A DNA stretch of 64,000 nt from Octopus vulgaris. Its lineage: Eukaryota. Below the pieces are notes generated by a model. That model saw only the letters and a list, made by a program, of their open reading frames with translations, searched no databases and had not been told where the DNA came from. Numbering within the stretch: position 1 is the first letter of the stretch; each line of letters starts with the position of its first letter. The position numbers and the translations under genes are program-made. This document shows, piece after piece, positions 10,747 to 23,525 of this stretch. The stretch spans positions 76,632,001-76,696,000 of the forward strand of contig OX597821.1 in NCBI GenBank assembly GCA_951406725.2, given 5' to 3'.

Positions 10747-12048
10747 ATGGCGACTACTGAAGGTAAAACTACATTTAATAAGATGCAAGAGCAAGTAACT
10801 CCGAGCGAAATAGTGGCGGAAGACGCGAGTCAACTAATATGGCAGTATATGTCTCCACTATTACTGGCGCTAGGGACAATCGGATCAGTACTATCAATTT
10901 GTGTATTACTCCGCCCCAAGATTCGAAAAATTACATCTATGTATCTCTTGACACTTCTTTCTTTCGCTGATTTAATCGGTCTTTGGCTGGGACTTCTCAG
11001 ACTCTATCTTTCAAATGTATATAATTTCGACATACGCCTTCAGTCTGATTTTCTTTGCAAGATACACACTTTCCTTGTCTATTTTGTTCTTGATTTAGGA
11101 TCCTGGTTGCTGGCTTTAATTGCAATCGAGCGCTTTCTCTTAATAGTTCGTCCTTTCATTGCACGCGACCACTGGAACCGATCAAAAGCTACACTAACAG
11201 TGATAGCCACCGGCATTCTTCTAACAATAGTCAACGGTCATTACATAATAACTTATCGTTTAACAAAAGTGACTTGCGCTTATAATATCGATGAAATTTA
11301 TTGTAATGATAATTGGGACGCAACCTATTTAATAAAAAGAAATTATTCTGATGATAACGAATACGTGACCTATCGAATCCCTTTATCAACTCCACAGATG
11401 ACAGAAAACGTTGCCTGTAAATCGGATGATGGAAAGATGTATTTTTATATCAATGTTTTCCCGTGGATAGATTTCCTCTTCTTTTTCTTCTTGCCGTTTT
11501 GTATAATGGTCATTAGTCACGTGTTCATCATTGGCAAAGTTCGAAAAACTAAAGTAAAAATGCAAAAGAAAAGAATGCCAAGATGTGCTACATCAGCGAC
11601 ACCAGCAACCGATCAAATCTCAACAGTCACGGAAACTACGAGAACAGCCTTTGCGGGCATCGTGGGTAAAAAAGAAAATACCCTACTGCCAAATAATTCT
11701 AAGCTTAATGGAACCGAAGTGAATAAAGGTTCAAAAGAACGACAAAGTAATCAGATGTCGAAAGTGGTCGGTCTCTCAGCAATGTTACTGTCTGTGTTAG
11801 TGGCATTTGGTCTCACAACATCTCCTATCACCTCGTTTCTCATCTGGTCTCGTTTCGATGAGGAAGATAACTCGGCATATTATAATATTAGCTGGGCTGT
11901 TGTTAATATGGTCCAGTACACGAATAACGTATCACATTTCTTCCTTTTCATTCTCACCGGAACGACATTCCGCCAAGAACTTTTGCAAATGTTTAGAGGT
12001 GTTTCCATATTTTTCAGACGGAAAACGGATGTAACACCCTTTGGATAG
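10747..12048 (+). CDS. Class A (rhodopsin-like) 7TM GPCR, 433 aa, FMRFamide/sex-peptide-receptor-like lophotrochozoan-expanded type; uninterrupted CDS
   Basis: Seven hydrophobic segments; TM2 LSFADL; TM3 Cys (LCK) and ERF; TM5 W.D..FF..LPF; TM6 Pro; TM7 NN.SHFFLF then helix-8 FRQEL; Kozak AAACATGG. Confidence 0.93.
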   Translation: MATTEGKTTFNKMQEQVTPSEIVAEDASQLIWQYMSPLLLALGTIGSVLSICVLLRPKIRKITSMYLLTLLSFADLIGLWLGLLRLYLSNVYNFDIRLQSDFLCKIHTFLVYFVLDLGSWLLALIAIERFLLIVRPFIARDHWNRSKATLTVIATGILLTIVNGHYIITYRLTKVTCAYNIDEIYCNDNWDATYLIKRNYSDDNEYVTYRIPLSTPQMTENVACKSDDGKMYFYINVFPWIDFLFFFFLPFCIMVISHVFIIGKVRKTKVKMQKKRMPRCATSATPATDQISTVTETTRTAFAGIVGKKENTLLPNNSKLNGTEVNKGSKERQSNQMSKVVGLSAMLLSVLVAFGLTTSPITSFLIWSRFDEEDNSAYYNISWAVVNMVQYTNNVSHFFLFILTGTTFRQELLQMFRGVSIFFRRKTDVTPFG

Positions 12049-12253
12049 AAGTAAAAAAACGTTTTGTATTCTTTATTTTTATTTTATTTTATAGAAGTGT
12101 ACAGCATTGGTGTCTTTTAGTATAGATCACGAACAATCAAAGAATTATTAAACCAGAATTAAAATGTCTGAAGTTTTGCGAACTTGAATTAAACTGTTGG
12201 TATGTTGGATGTAACCAAACTAGAATTACTCAAATATACACAATTTACAAATA

Positions 12254-14161
12254 CCAGGGTTTTCCGAAAATCCGCCCATCCATTAGATCGCCTATGGGCT
12301 TTTGTTTGGATGGGTGGTTATTTGTGGTTAAAAATTGAAACAGAGTTAGTGTTCTTGTTTGCGTTCTGTTTAGACGTTCATTTGCTATACATCTGTAGAT
12401 AAATTCAAAGGATTTTTATTCCCAATAATGGAGTCGAAAGAAAATATATCAAAACGAATTCAACGATCATATACCATTAGTGAAAAATTGTGTGCTATTA
12501 AACGAGTGAAAGAACATTCTGGCAATTTATCTGCTGCGTTAAGAGACTTAGGTATTGATAGAAAACGGTTGAGAGAATGGTGCACAAAAGAAACTGAGTT
12601 AATCAATGTCAGACAAGAGGAGGCGCAGATCAATTGGTGGAGGTAGAGGACCAGCACTTAGAGATCTAGAGATTGAACCCTTACAGTGGATTATTGTTCA
12701 GCGTACAAACATTATAATTGTAAATTATCGCCGTTTACGGGAATATACTTTTGAATTGGTAAAAAGGTTTGGAATTGAAATGAACAGCTTTGGATGTTCT
12801 GATAAATGGATTTTCAACTTCATGAAACGGAATAAACTGACTGTGAGAAAGATTACACGTGTTGGTCAAGCGGACAATAAAACACTTGGAGAAAATGCAC
12901 AAATCGCCAGTGACTATCTAGATAGCATTCCAGTATTAACAGCAGATAAGGATGCTGACCAGATTTATAATATAGATGAAACACCTGTATACGTTGACAT
13001 GTTGAGTTCAACAATCATTGACTTTGTTGGCAAGTAAAATGTAGATGTTAGCCACTGTGGTGCTACCAAAGCTCGTTTTACTGCTGTGTTGTGTGTTAAT
13101 GCTGCAGGAAATGTTGAAAACAATGATTATCCTTAAAAGATTGAAAAACGTGCCTAAAATCAAGGTCCCAAAGAATATTTACTTAACAGTCTCCAACAGG
13201 GGATCAATCACATATGAACTCATGCAGCTGTGGGCTGACAAAGTATTTGAGCAGAGAACAACACCACTATGCTCAAAATTCAGTGCTATTCATGGATGAA
13301 TGCTCAGTGCACAAGAAAATAGCTCCTAGAAGTGTTCAAACGTAGGAATACAATTCTCAAACTTATACCTCCTAAAACAGCATCTTACTTACAGCCGTCA
13401 GATGTATCAATTATTGGTCCTTTCAAGAAAGCCCTTCGTGCTGAATGGGAGAATTGGTTTTCAAATGGCAGAAAGGAGTATACAAATAAAGGGTATCGCA
13501 AAAAAACCTTCTTATCAAGAGATCGTGAACTTTGTGACCCAAGTTTTTGCCACTTTAAATAAACTATGAAGCATGCTTTTGAATCTTGTAAAATTGCTCC
13601 TCGTGGACAGACTGTATAACACAGCCTCTTAAACTCACGCTCACAGGATGTTTTATCTGGTCTTGAGGGAAATACGCCAGATGCACACCAGATACAAAAT
13701 TGAACAAGAAGATGAGATACAAGTAAATGAAATTAGCTCTGATGTGAATTATGGCCAAGCAACAAATGAAGAAATTCGTGACACTTAACTTGAAACTATT
13801 CGGTTATTATTCTATCATAAATGCCCAAGGACATTATTTGTTCATACGAAGCTTCTATTCCAACAGTTTTCAATATTTTTCTAATAGATCCATTGTTAAC
13901 TTCAGAATATTTTTTTAATATGCTTCTTCTTTTAAGGCTGTTTCAGTTTCTTTATGTCTGTATATCTGATAACTGAAACGATAAAAGCTCAATGGAATTG
14001 TATAAAATAAATATGGTTTTTGAGAATATCTTTGTTTTTCCTAGGTGAAATATTTTACTTCCATATCACTGCCCATGGGCGCTTATTTAAGTCAAAAAGT
14101 AGTTTTTGTAAAATAGAATTTTCCGTTTATCAGCCCTGGGCGGAATTTCGGAAAACCCCGG
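12254..14161 (+). mobile_element. Full-length pogo/Tigger-type DNA transposon with disrupted transposase
   Basis: 25-bp TIRs CC(A/G)GGGTTTTCCGAAA(A/T)TCCGCCCA (2 mismatches), TA TSDs; HTH RSYTISEKL, CENP-B HTH S.KW..NFMKR, DDE motifs IYNIDET and LQPSDVS..PFK; frameshifts and stops. Confidence 0.92.
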
Positions 14162-15139
14162 TATTTAGGGTCATAATTTTCAGGTAATTGGCGGGGAATC
14201 TCCTGTCGCAGGCGATAAACTTATAGCTGAAAACCCAGTACAAATGATTTGGGGTCAAATGCTTGTGTTATACATGATTATCTCACTCACTGCATCCAAC
14301 CGACGTTGTCTGTGCAGGTGCACGGTGCACCAAGTAGAGCTACTTGCAATGCAGTGTTTTACTCAAGGACAAAACGCATCGCTCAGTCCGAGAAACGGAA
14401 CCACGATCTTGTAATTCCTTGACCCCTGAACCCGCGCCTTCACATCACGAAAATGCTTAATAAGATATTACAGACACGCATGCGCGCGTATACACGTCGT
14501 CACTCGATCTGCTAGAAGTAACAACCAAATCTTCTTCAGATCACACCCGAGTCTATTGCAGAAATAACACATTACATTATCCATCTCTTACGACAAAAAA
14601 GATGAGGTGGTCACGCTTGGAATATCTTAAGACGATCGAAACTATTACTGCTACAACACAGTATGTTTAATCTATTCCATTAAATCACATTCCGTATTCA
14701 TAAGATATCTCCCGTATGAGTCGACTTAGCGTTCGCAGAAAGAGATTAATGGAATACTAAGAGTTACTAGGCAGCTGTCAGTCTTACAGTTGTGATAACT
14801 GTAAGAGGTTTTGTTTCTGACCTTCAAGACAGGGAGCAGGTCATTAATGAGGTCACGAGTAACGACGAAAGTACATTGACAATAACTTTGATTGTTTAAC
14901 CAACGCGTTAAACAAAAAATCGATTAATTGGTTGGTTTGATATTTGACTTATTGAATAAGAATAAAGAACTGATGCTGAAACAGTGCGTGTGTTTATAAT
15001 TACTGGTGTAATGACCCTCCCAAGACACAATAAGATGCATCTCTTCTTTCTCCACAGTTTTATAAATGTATAAAGAATGGATATTCGTGCATTCTATAAT
15101 CACCGCACCATTTAAAGAAACGTTTGTCATTTATCTTTA

Positions 15140-15363
15140 ATTTGTTCAGTCATTGGACAACGGCCATGCTGGGGCAACGCCTTGAAGTGCTCAGCCAAAA
15201 CAATCGACCCTACGACCGACTTAGTTCTAATTCTGGTACTTGGACAATCGGTGTCTTTTGCAAGCCTCTAAGATATGGAGGCGTAAACAAACCAACACCG
15301 GTTGTCAGGTAGTGTGAGACAAACACAAAGACATACACATATATACACGCGCACATATATACA

Positions 15364-15396
<33 letters not shown>

Positions 15397-15495
15397 ACCA
15401 AATTTACTCACATGCCCCTGATCGGCCCGACAATATAGCGGAAGACACCCAATGTGCCGTGCTGTGAGACTGAACCTGAAACTACGTGGTTGCAA
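15140..15495 (-). mobile_element. Old SINE family A copy
   Basis: Diverged similarity to 398-790. Confidence 0.65.
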
Positions 15496-15888
15496 AGTTA
15501 TGACAAAACCAAACCGACTCGTGTGAATTTTATTAAAAAATATCCATTTTTCTGGAAGTCAGGAGAAAACAAAGTCGGCTGCGCACAATTGTAAAGGTAC
15601 GCCTATTGCTTTAACATAAATAGTAATAAGATTACATAGCTATTAAATATCTATGCCTCGGCTAACTTCGCTTCACTTTCATTTTGTATGTAACAATATT
15701 TGATTATAAAACTGCATGTTATATATAAACAAACAATGCACTTCTTTTATTTGGTTTCCATCAAAAGGTTGACAATAATATGACTGATATAGACTCGGTT
15801 TTCACTTTACATAGACGTCGATAGAATAGCAGTATTTATGATGATATTGTGCTTAGTAACGAATATTAACTGTATTAAAAATGCATCG

Positions 15889-15923
<35 letters not shown>

Positions 15924-15955
15924 TGTGTGTGTATGTATGTATTTGTGTATGCTTA

Positions 15956-16014
<59 letters not shown>

Positions 16015-16235
16015 AGAAAAAAGTTGTTCTTTCGAAGGCATATTTTATTATCCAAGCGTACACCAGTTTTGCACTAATATATAAATTTGTGTTGCAAGAT
16101 TCCTGATGTGAAGCTGTGTGTTGAAACAAATATTGCTGTATTTCGGGACGGTCATTTATTTTTCCAAATAAACACACGCACTATATATTCGTTCTTCGCT
16201 CGTTTATTATTGTTCTTATTCTAACTCATGTCCAT

Positions 16236-16280
16236 TGTCCGGAAATCTTTCGTCACACATCTGTGACCTCTTCAGTGACA
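16236..16280 (-). ncRNA. Hammerhead-ribozyme-like motif
   Basis: Minus: TGTCA-CTGAAGA-G-GTCACA-GATG-TGTGAC-GAAA-GATTTC-CGGACA; perfect 6-bp stem II, imperfect stems I and III. Confidence 0.5.
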
Positions 16281-17132
16281 CTTTCCGTTCTTGTATGTCT
16301 TCCTGCTCTGCTTAGTTCATTCTCTCGAGAGTAAGAGCTAAAGGGCTCTGGTGCTGCAGTCAACGCACATGTGTGTGTGTGTGTGGGTGTATGTCTTTTG
16401 TGTGTATGGCTGTGTGGTGAGATGTTTACTGCTCGACTCTGCTATAGCCCAGGATCGGCCAAAGCCTTGTGTGTGGATTTGGTAGACAGGAATTGAAAGA
16501 AGCCTGTGTTTGTTTGACAAAAACCCTTTAAGGCGATGCCCCAGCATGATCGCAGTCCAATGACTGAAACAAGTAACTAACCGTAACTCTAACTAGAAAA
16601 ATTTCTCCGTAATTTTCTGTATATTTTGAAAAAAAAATTCTGAAAAAAAGTTTAAAATGAAGAATTTACGGAGGGCTGGTGGTAATTTCAAAATGCCGAT
16701 TTTTGTCAATTTTTTTGCAGATTCGTATTCTCCGTAGCCGAAAACTGGGGTTTGAATAGAAAAAAAAGATTAAATTTATAAAAAGGGGAGTTTTTGGTGG
16801 GTACAAAAGGAAGTCTTGGCTGACAAGGTCTATATGTGTTTGTTTTTTTATGTCAAGTTATATATAGAAAGAATTTAACATCGAATTGTAAAGTTTTCTC
16901 AATATTTTTCCTTTCTTTTAATTTTTTTGTTTGTTTGTTTTTGTTTTTGCTTTTTGTTTTTTGTTTGTTTGTTTTTGCGCAGTAGAGTACGTTTTAATGA
17001 GTTTTTCGGAGAAAAACTTGGAAATGACATTGAAGTTCCGGTTTCGAAGTTTCAAGCTGTCTGACGACGGTGAGAAAGGCGATATTTCGAAGTTATTGTC
17101 AGCTGTAAAATTACACACATACACACACGCAG

Positions 17133-17167
<35 letters not shown>

Positions 17168-17269
17168 TATTGTACACATACATAAACACATACATATGCA
17201 TACATATATATATATGTACAAACACAGGCACTTATATATATGCATACACACACACACATACTCTTTACT

Positions 17270-17555
17270 CTTTTACTTGCTTCGGTCATTTGACTGTGGC
17301 CATGTTGGAGCACCGCTTTTAGTCGAGCAAATCGACCCCAGGACTTATTCTTTGTAAGCCTAGTACTTATTCTATCGATCTGTTTTTGCTGAACCGCTAA
17401 GTTATGGGGACATAAACACACCAGCATCGGTTGTCAAGCGATGTTGGGGGGGACAAACACAGACACACAAACATATACACACACGTACATAGGTCGACCC
17501 GAGACTATAGTAGAAGACACTTGCCCAAGGTGCCACGCAGTGGGACTGAACCCGG
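17270..17555 (-). mobile_element. SINE family A (partial)
   Basis: Similarity to 398-790. Confidence 0.75.
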
Positions 17556-17599
17556 TTATATACATGTTATTTTTCAGTTTGGTTAGATTAAAAAATAAA

Positions 17600-18280
17600 T
17601 AAAAATTAAGGGGGAGATAAGTAATAAAAGAAGCAAAGGAACAAATCAATCTTAGAGGAATTGTGGACTATCATTCAATTAGGAAAAGCTGGAGACAACA
17701 TTCTTCAGTGGTTGGTACGGCATCGATTAATTATGAATATGTGTGTGGAAGCACTCCGTCGGTTACGACAACGAGGGTTCCAGTTGATCCGATCAACGGA
17801 ACAGCCTGCTCGTGAAATTAACGTGTAAGTGGCTGAGCACTCCACAGACACGTGTACCCTTAACGCAGTTCTTGGGGATATTCAACGTGACACAGAGAGT
17901 GACAAGGCCGGCCCTTTGAAATACAGGTACAACAGAAACAGGAAGTAAGAGTGAGAGAAAGTTGTGGTGAAAGAGTACAGCAGGGATCACCACCATCCCC
18001 TGCCGGAGCCTCGTGGAGCTTCAGATGTTTTCGCTCAATAAACACTCACAACGCCCGGTCTGGGAATCGAAACCGCGATCCTACGACCGCGAGTCCGCTG
18101 CCCTAACCACTGGGCCATTGCGCCTCCACTATGAATATGTACACCTGTAAAAATTGTAATTTACCACGTCACCTTACTACATGTGGTAACGTTATTCATG
18201 GAAAATTATGGCACTGCAAGCGTTGTAAAAGGAGCGAATCTGTTCGTTACCGTTCATGTTTTGAGAGAAGTCATATTTCA
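17600..18280 (+). mobile_element. Merlin (ISXO2-like) transposase N-terminal fragment interrupted by a SINE
   Basis: WLVRHRLI..CKNC..GKLWHCKRCKRSESVRYRSCFERSHI zinc-ribbon pattern; uninterrupted homolog at 24010-24330 (-). Confidence 0.6.
17743..18129 (-). mobile_element. tRNA-derived SINE family B, tail type 1
   Basis: Head GGAGGCGCAATGGCCCAGTGGTTAGGGCAGCGGACTCGCGG..GGTTTCGATTCC; 11-bp TSD TATGAATATGT (17732-17742 / 18130-18140). Confidence 0.9.
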
Positions 18281-18330
18281 CGTGCGCGTGCACACACACA
18301 CATACACACACACACACACACACACTCACA

Positions 18331-18411
<81 letters not shown>

Positions 18412-19089
18412 ACTTAACCGAATACATTTGTTGTCTGATTAATTGTCTCTGATATTCTATTCAAAACCGAAGTGATATCACATTAACCAAAATCGATCAA
18501 ACGGAAATAAATTAACATGTTACCAATAAATAAAGAAAAAAAACCCAGCAATAACCACAGTTCTCTTCACAAGACACCATAAAGATCTTCCAGTATATCT
18601 TACCTGTCGCCCTTCATTCAAATAATTTGCCGTCGATATTGTTTTTGTCTTGTTATTGCATGAAAGTCGTATAATTGATACATTATTCTATTATATTTCC
18701 AAACAATATACGCTAGGATGTTCACGCGACAAAGGATTTTCATTATGAAGTACAACCATCCCATAAGAAATATGTAAGCAAAATTAAAACAACTAAAACC
18801 TCATCAATATTATGTCGATTCTAATCTGCAAATATGATGACTAAACTGCAAATATCTGGGGCGATATCTACCGGTTTTCAAACATTTTCTTTATTCCTTT
18901 ATCTCTTTTTTCTTTTTTATTGTATCTCGCTGTGTTATAAGGAGTAGCGGTGATTCGAAACTCCAATCGAAAGACAATCGTTCAGACACCACAAGGAAAC
19001 CACCACAGTTTCACGTGATCGGTCGATTAACTGGCCAGTGTGACATGGTTTTCTCAAACATTCTAGACTTTGGCTTCCGGTCCCTTATA

Positions 19090-19315
19090 TGAGGGGGTGT
19101 GCTGAAAAGTTGCTGGCCTTAAGGTTTTGCGAAAAGCCTGGTTAAGACCCAACCTGCTGAGGTTAGAGGCACAACCTTCTTTTACAGGGATAAAAAAAAA
19201 CTGAAGGACCACTGCGTGTGAATCTGAGAGGGCAATATGTTGAATAAAATTATAATTAACTGATCCTCTTGTATTTTCTTTTACCCAAAGCCAGGAACTA
19301 TTTAGCAGCCCCTCG
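19090..19315. mobile_element. Mariner-type MITE
   Basis: TIRs (C/T)GAGGGG..TGCT(G/A)AA..AGTT..TGGC, TA flanks. Confidence 0.75.
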
Positions 19316-19530
19316 TAAAAGCAATTTGGCGGCCTAGGGCAGACAACCAAGGACCTCCACGTGGATATTTGCGCAGTTGACTTTGTATATTTTGAGCCGA
19401 CTGATTGTTCTCTGACAGATAAACTCCTGTCATTTCAGAACAGTTGTCTCTCTCCCGGTCCGTAATTATTAATGTCATTAATTATAAACAGCCAACACCA
19501 AATATTCTTTTGTCCAGCAATAAGTATTTC

Positions 19531-19960
19531 GGATCTTTTCGGTTTGAACGGCAGTTTTTAACATAATTTCTAGGTAACTAACAAATTTAAAACTTCGTAT
19601 ACTGGTAGAATGTGTTTATAAAACATCTTTTTCTCTTGGCTTTATAGAGAAAATTCTATAGTTTGTTAGATATTTGTTGGTTTTTTTTCCTTCAATTTCT
19701 GCAATTTCAACCAATCAATGACGTCCATTGAGGTAAAAAACATTCTGTGCCGTATGAATATGTCCCTAGTTTAAGAAACAGATTGGGTTTATTGGGTGAA
19801 GAAAAGAAGATACCCTTCCCCCCACCCCTAACCCTAACCCTAACTAACCCTAACCCTAAAACAAATTGAAATGCAATAGATCGATACTAGGGTCATAATT
19901 ATGGGTGACAATTTCATATGACAACGCTAGAAAAAACTGCCGTTCAAACCGAAAAGAGCC
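19531..19960. mobile_element. MITE with 8-bp TSD carrying (CCCTAA)n
   Basis: TIR GG(A/C)TCTTTTCGGTTTGAACGGCAGTTTT at both ends; TSD AGTATTTC (19523-19530 / 19961-19968). Confidence 0.9.
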
Positions 19961-20039
19961 AGTATTTCAGTTAAACATTTGGGGATTTTTCTGCAGTTAC
20001 TATTCACGCGGCCAACGAAATATATTTTGCATTTTACCA

Positions 20040-20308
20040 ACTTCCAAAGAACCCACAGCGAAAGACTAATCCGGCAAAATTATGAACGTCTTATGTCCGA
20101 AAATGTCATCGCATTATTGTCCACCAATGCGACATGATGTTGTAGCCAAGACACTGAACAATGAGATCCGTCGAATGGACGAGTCTGAAACGAAAGATAC
20201 ACGAACCTACTGTGTGGTAGTGGTTAATACCACTCATAATGTGAAAGAGTGCTGTGGAATGTCTCCTTGAAAATCTCTGTAAAATGCTAACATAACAGAT
20301 TAGACGTA
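20040..20308 (+). mobile_element. RLE-type non-LTR (R4-like) fragment
   Basis: CPKMS..RHDVVAK..HNRLDVV resembles the CCHC/RH..RPD region. Confidence 0.5.
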
Positions 20309-20794
20309 GTGTAGCTTTGTTAAGCGATACGCAAACAAACTAGTGGAGACAAGAATATATTTATCAATGGTTTATTACTTTACGTACATCGGGGCTTAAG
20401 TCGTCAGATATTTCTGTTTTGTTAATTCAGATTCTATTGTGTCTGGGGAGAGTCATTTTCTTTAAATTTCCACTTATTTCTTTTTTTCTATTTTTATTTT
20501 TTTTTTATGGAAATTTTACCGGTGAGTGTGTTACATAATAAGACACAAAAAGAAAATGACTCTCCCCAGACACAACAGAATATGCTTCAACACACGAACT
20601 CATATAAAGAATCTTGCAAACCAAATCCAAAAACGAAATATCATTCAGATTCGCTTAACACTCACTGTTAATATTCTTTTGATTCTCTTCTCGTATCGGA
20701 AGTCCATTTTGCTGCTGACCAACTCCACTCTCTCTCTCTCTCTCTCTGTCACTCTGTCTCTCATTCTCGCGCTCTCTGTATATGTATATGTACT

Positions 20795-21012
20795 CTTTTG
20801 CTTGTTTCAGTCATTTGACTGTGGCCATGCTGGAGTACCGCCTTTAGTCGAGCAAATCTACTCCAGGATATATTCTTCGTAAGCCTAGTACTTATTCTCT
20901 CAGTCTCTTTTGCCGAACCGTTAAGTTACAAGGACGTAAACACACCACCATCGGTTGTCAAACGATGTTGGAGGGGGGAGACAAACATAGACACACACAC
21001 ATACATACACAC

Positions 21013-21065
<53 letters not shown>

Positions 21066-21230
21066 TATGACGGGCTTCTTTCAGTTTCCGTCTACCAAAT
21101 CCACTCACAAGGCTTTGGTCGGCCTGAGGCTATAGTAGAAGACACTTGCCCAAGGTGCCACGCAGTGGGACTGAACCTGGAACCATGTGGCTGGTAAGCA
21201 AGCTACTTACCACACAGCCGCTCATACGCC
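20795..21230 (-). mobile_element. SINE family A
   Basis: Similarity to 398-790. Confidence 0.85.
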
Positions 21231-21302
21231 TATAAAGACTATGTGTCTTTATGTGTGCGTGTGGGAATGTGTGCTGTGTGTGTATGTGCGTGCATGTATG
21301 TG

Positions 21303-21374
<72 letters not shown>

Positions 21375-21376
<2 letters not shown>

Positions 21377-22385
21377 ATGTCTGGCCTTCAAATAAAATAT
21401 ACGAGACAAACGAAAGATGAAAGGGATACTGGGAGCTGGCCACGAATTTAGAAAGACTGTTAATATTTCCACTCATAAAAACGACAAAAAGACTTAGACT
21501 TAATCCTATGGAACACAGAACGGAGAACTGGAATTTTGCTAAAGCTGACAGAGAACATCGCTGATGCAGAGCAACGGAAGGAGAAGAGGTACAAAAAATT
21601 AATCGAAGAGTGTGGGGAACAGGGGAGGACTGTCCAGTATTACCACCTGGCAAGTGGGTGTTAGAGGCTTCATTGAAAGGAGAATGACAACGTTATTCAA
21701 AAGAAAGTTTGCATTTTCGAGCTCAGAGCTAAGAAAAGTAATAAGGAGGATAGAGGAGACCGTCGAAAAAAGCCATCTTCTGAAGCGAGAATACCAAAAA
21801 TGTCTTGAAAGCTATAACATGCCGACTAGGAAATAGCGTCGCTAGGTGAGACTGGCTGACACTTAAGCAGCATCGCTGATTGAGAGGTAGCGGTCTCGTT
21901 CATGGCACCCACTCCTCCTAGTTCGAAGGCTTGTGCCACCAAACACCTGGTCGGCTCTGGCTGCTGGAACTGAAACTAACACGACACTGCTGGAAGGCAA
22001 GTTTAGAGAGGGCGCGCGCCAAGATTACGCGACCTTCCCTTCCATTGGTCGTCAGTTGAAGTTTAGACAGTGTCATGTGACAACTAGCTGGTGCTGGCTA
22101 CTGGAGCCTACCAGCGAGTATTTAAAGGGAAATTTGATAGGAAGGTCAGTCGCCCGCTGACACTCGTTGACGCTGCATCGAAGAAACCAAAGAACAGAAG
22201 AAAGAAGAAATGCACTCAACACCAGAGCTGAAGAGATCTCCGAAAGGGGTGGGGCCCGCCACGCCGAAAACGGTAGAGGAGTAGGGGCCGAAACTGGACA
22301 TGGTTCCTCCTGATGATGTCTTTAGTCACTGGATCCTATAAAGGAGCTGTTGAGGTAGCGAACCACGAAACGCAGTTGGACTTCT
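21375..22385 (+). mobile_element. Hero-like RLE non-LTR retrotransposon 3' remnant with putative 3' UTR
   Basis: Frameshifted DLILWNTERRTGILLKLT..AEQRKEKRYKKLIEEC..VGVRGF; the 3' boundary is approximate. Confidence 0.6.
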
Positions 22386-22387
22386 CT

Positions 22388-23333
22388 ATGGCGGACCGTC
22401 ACCAGGACCCCATTTCTTTTCTTTTTTTCACAGAAACCCACATTTTCGGCTACGGAGATTCCGAATCTGTAAAAAAAAATCTGCATTTCAAAATTTAATT
22501 TTTCCCCAAAATTCAATTATGAAAAAATGCTTTTAAATTTGAATTAAAAAGAAATAGTAACCTCTCCCCCTTCTATGTAATTTGCCCCTTAAGAATTCTG
22601 AAAAAAAGTAAAACATGAAGAAACTGGATGGGGTGGGGGTAAAATTGAAATGCCAAGGGTATCGGGTGGTGTCGAGTTGGACAAAAAGAGGTACCCCAAA
22701 GTTTGAACATTTACTTGTTCAAATCGCCAAGCAATACAGGTTTTGAACTCACACAAATGCGCGACGCGTATTTTTTGTAAATGTTAAGCCTCGTTTTGTA
22801 GAAAAACCTCTTTCAGCTGTAAAAAAAAAAAGATCTACACTGTATGAAGAACATATGTAGAAAATTTCATTGCGCAAGAATGCCTACTAATTATGTAGAG
22901 CTTGTTGGAGATTTGGCTGTTATTTCTAGCATGTAGAGATACTTCTTGAAAGCTTATTTAATACGCGGATTGGAAAAGCCCTATGCATGCTCAATGACCG
23001 AAAGGGTTTTAAAATATCCTGTATATACCGTTCATTCGCGAGGGTTGACTTTTTTTTTTTTTTTTTTGCTTTGTTGTTTTTACTTAAATTGAAATTATAA
23101 AAAATTTTCTTATTCAGAATCATAATCTCCGTATTTTTCCGTGTGATTCGCCAAAGAAAATTTCTGAAAATGTGGAAAAATGAAGAAATTGGGGGAATTA
23201 AAATTTTGAAATGCAAATTTTTTTTACAGATTCGGAATCTCTGTACCCAAAAATGTGGGTTTCTGTAAAAAATAAATGAATAAATAAATAAGTAAATAAA
23301 AAACAGAATGGGGGTGTGGTGACGGTCCGCCAT
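22388..23333. mobile_element. Non-autonomous TIR DNA transposon with long imperfect TIRs
   Basis: ATGGCGGACCGTCACCA ... TGGTGACGGTCCGCCAT, plus ~110 bp of inverted similarity; related fragment at ~16590-16800. Confidence 0.8.
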
Positions 23334-23525
23334 TTATTTTAAGTTACAATGCATGTATTATAGTTTCATATGCTGAGAGATCTCAAACATATTCTTCAGG
23401 CGCAAACCACGTCATAACGAATTATACATACATACATATATACATACACACACACACACACACACACATACATACATACATACACACACACATACATACA
23501 CACATACATATATGTGTGTGTGTGT

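Noticed and set aside
18050-18129. tRNA gene candidates (also 23526, 29277, 30992)
   Set aside because: No complete acceptor stem or terminator, and each continues into a repeat body; these are SINE heads
16980-18700. Possible minus-strand spliced transcript (donor CAG|GTAAGA at 18604, acceptor TTTTACAG| at 17102)
   Set aside because: No convincing coding frame; splice-like motifs alone are insufficient without RNA data
19825-19860. Telomere or chromosome-fusion relic
   Set aside because: Short tract inside a MITE with an intact TSD
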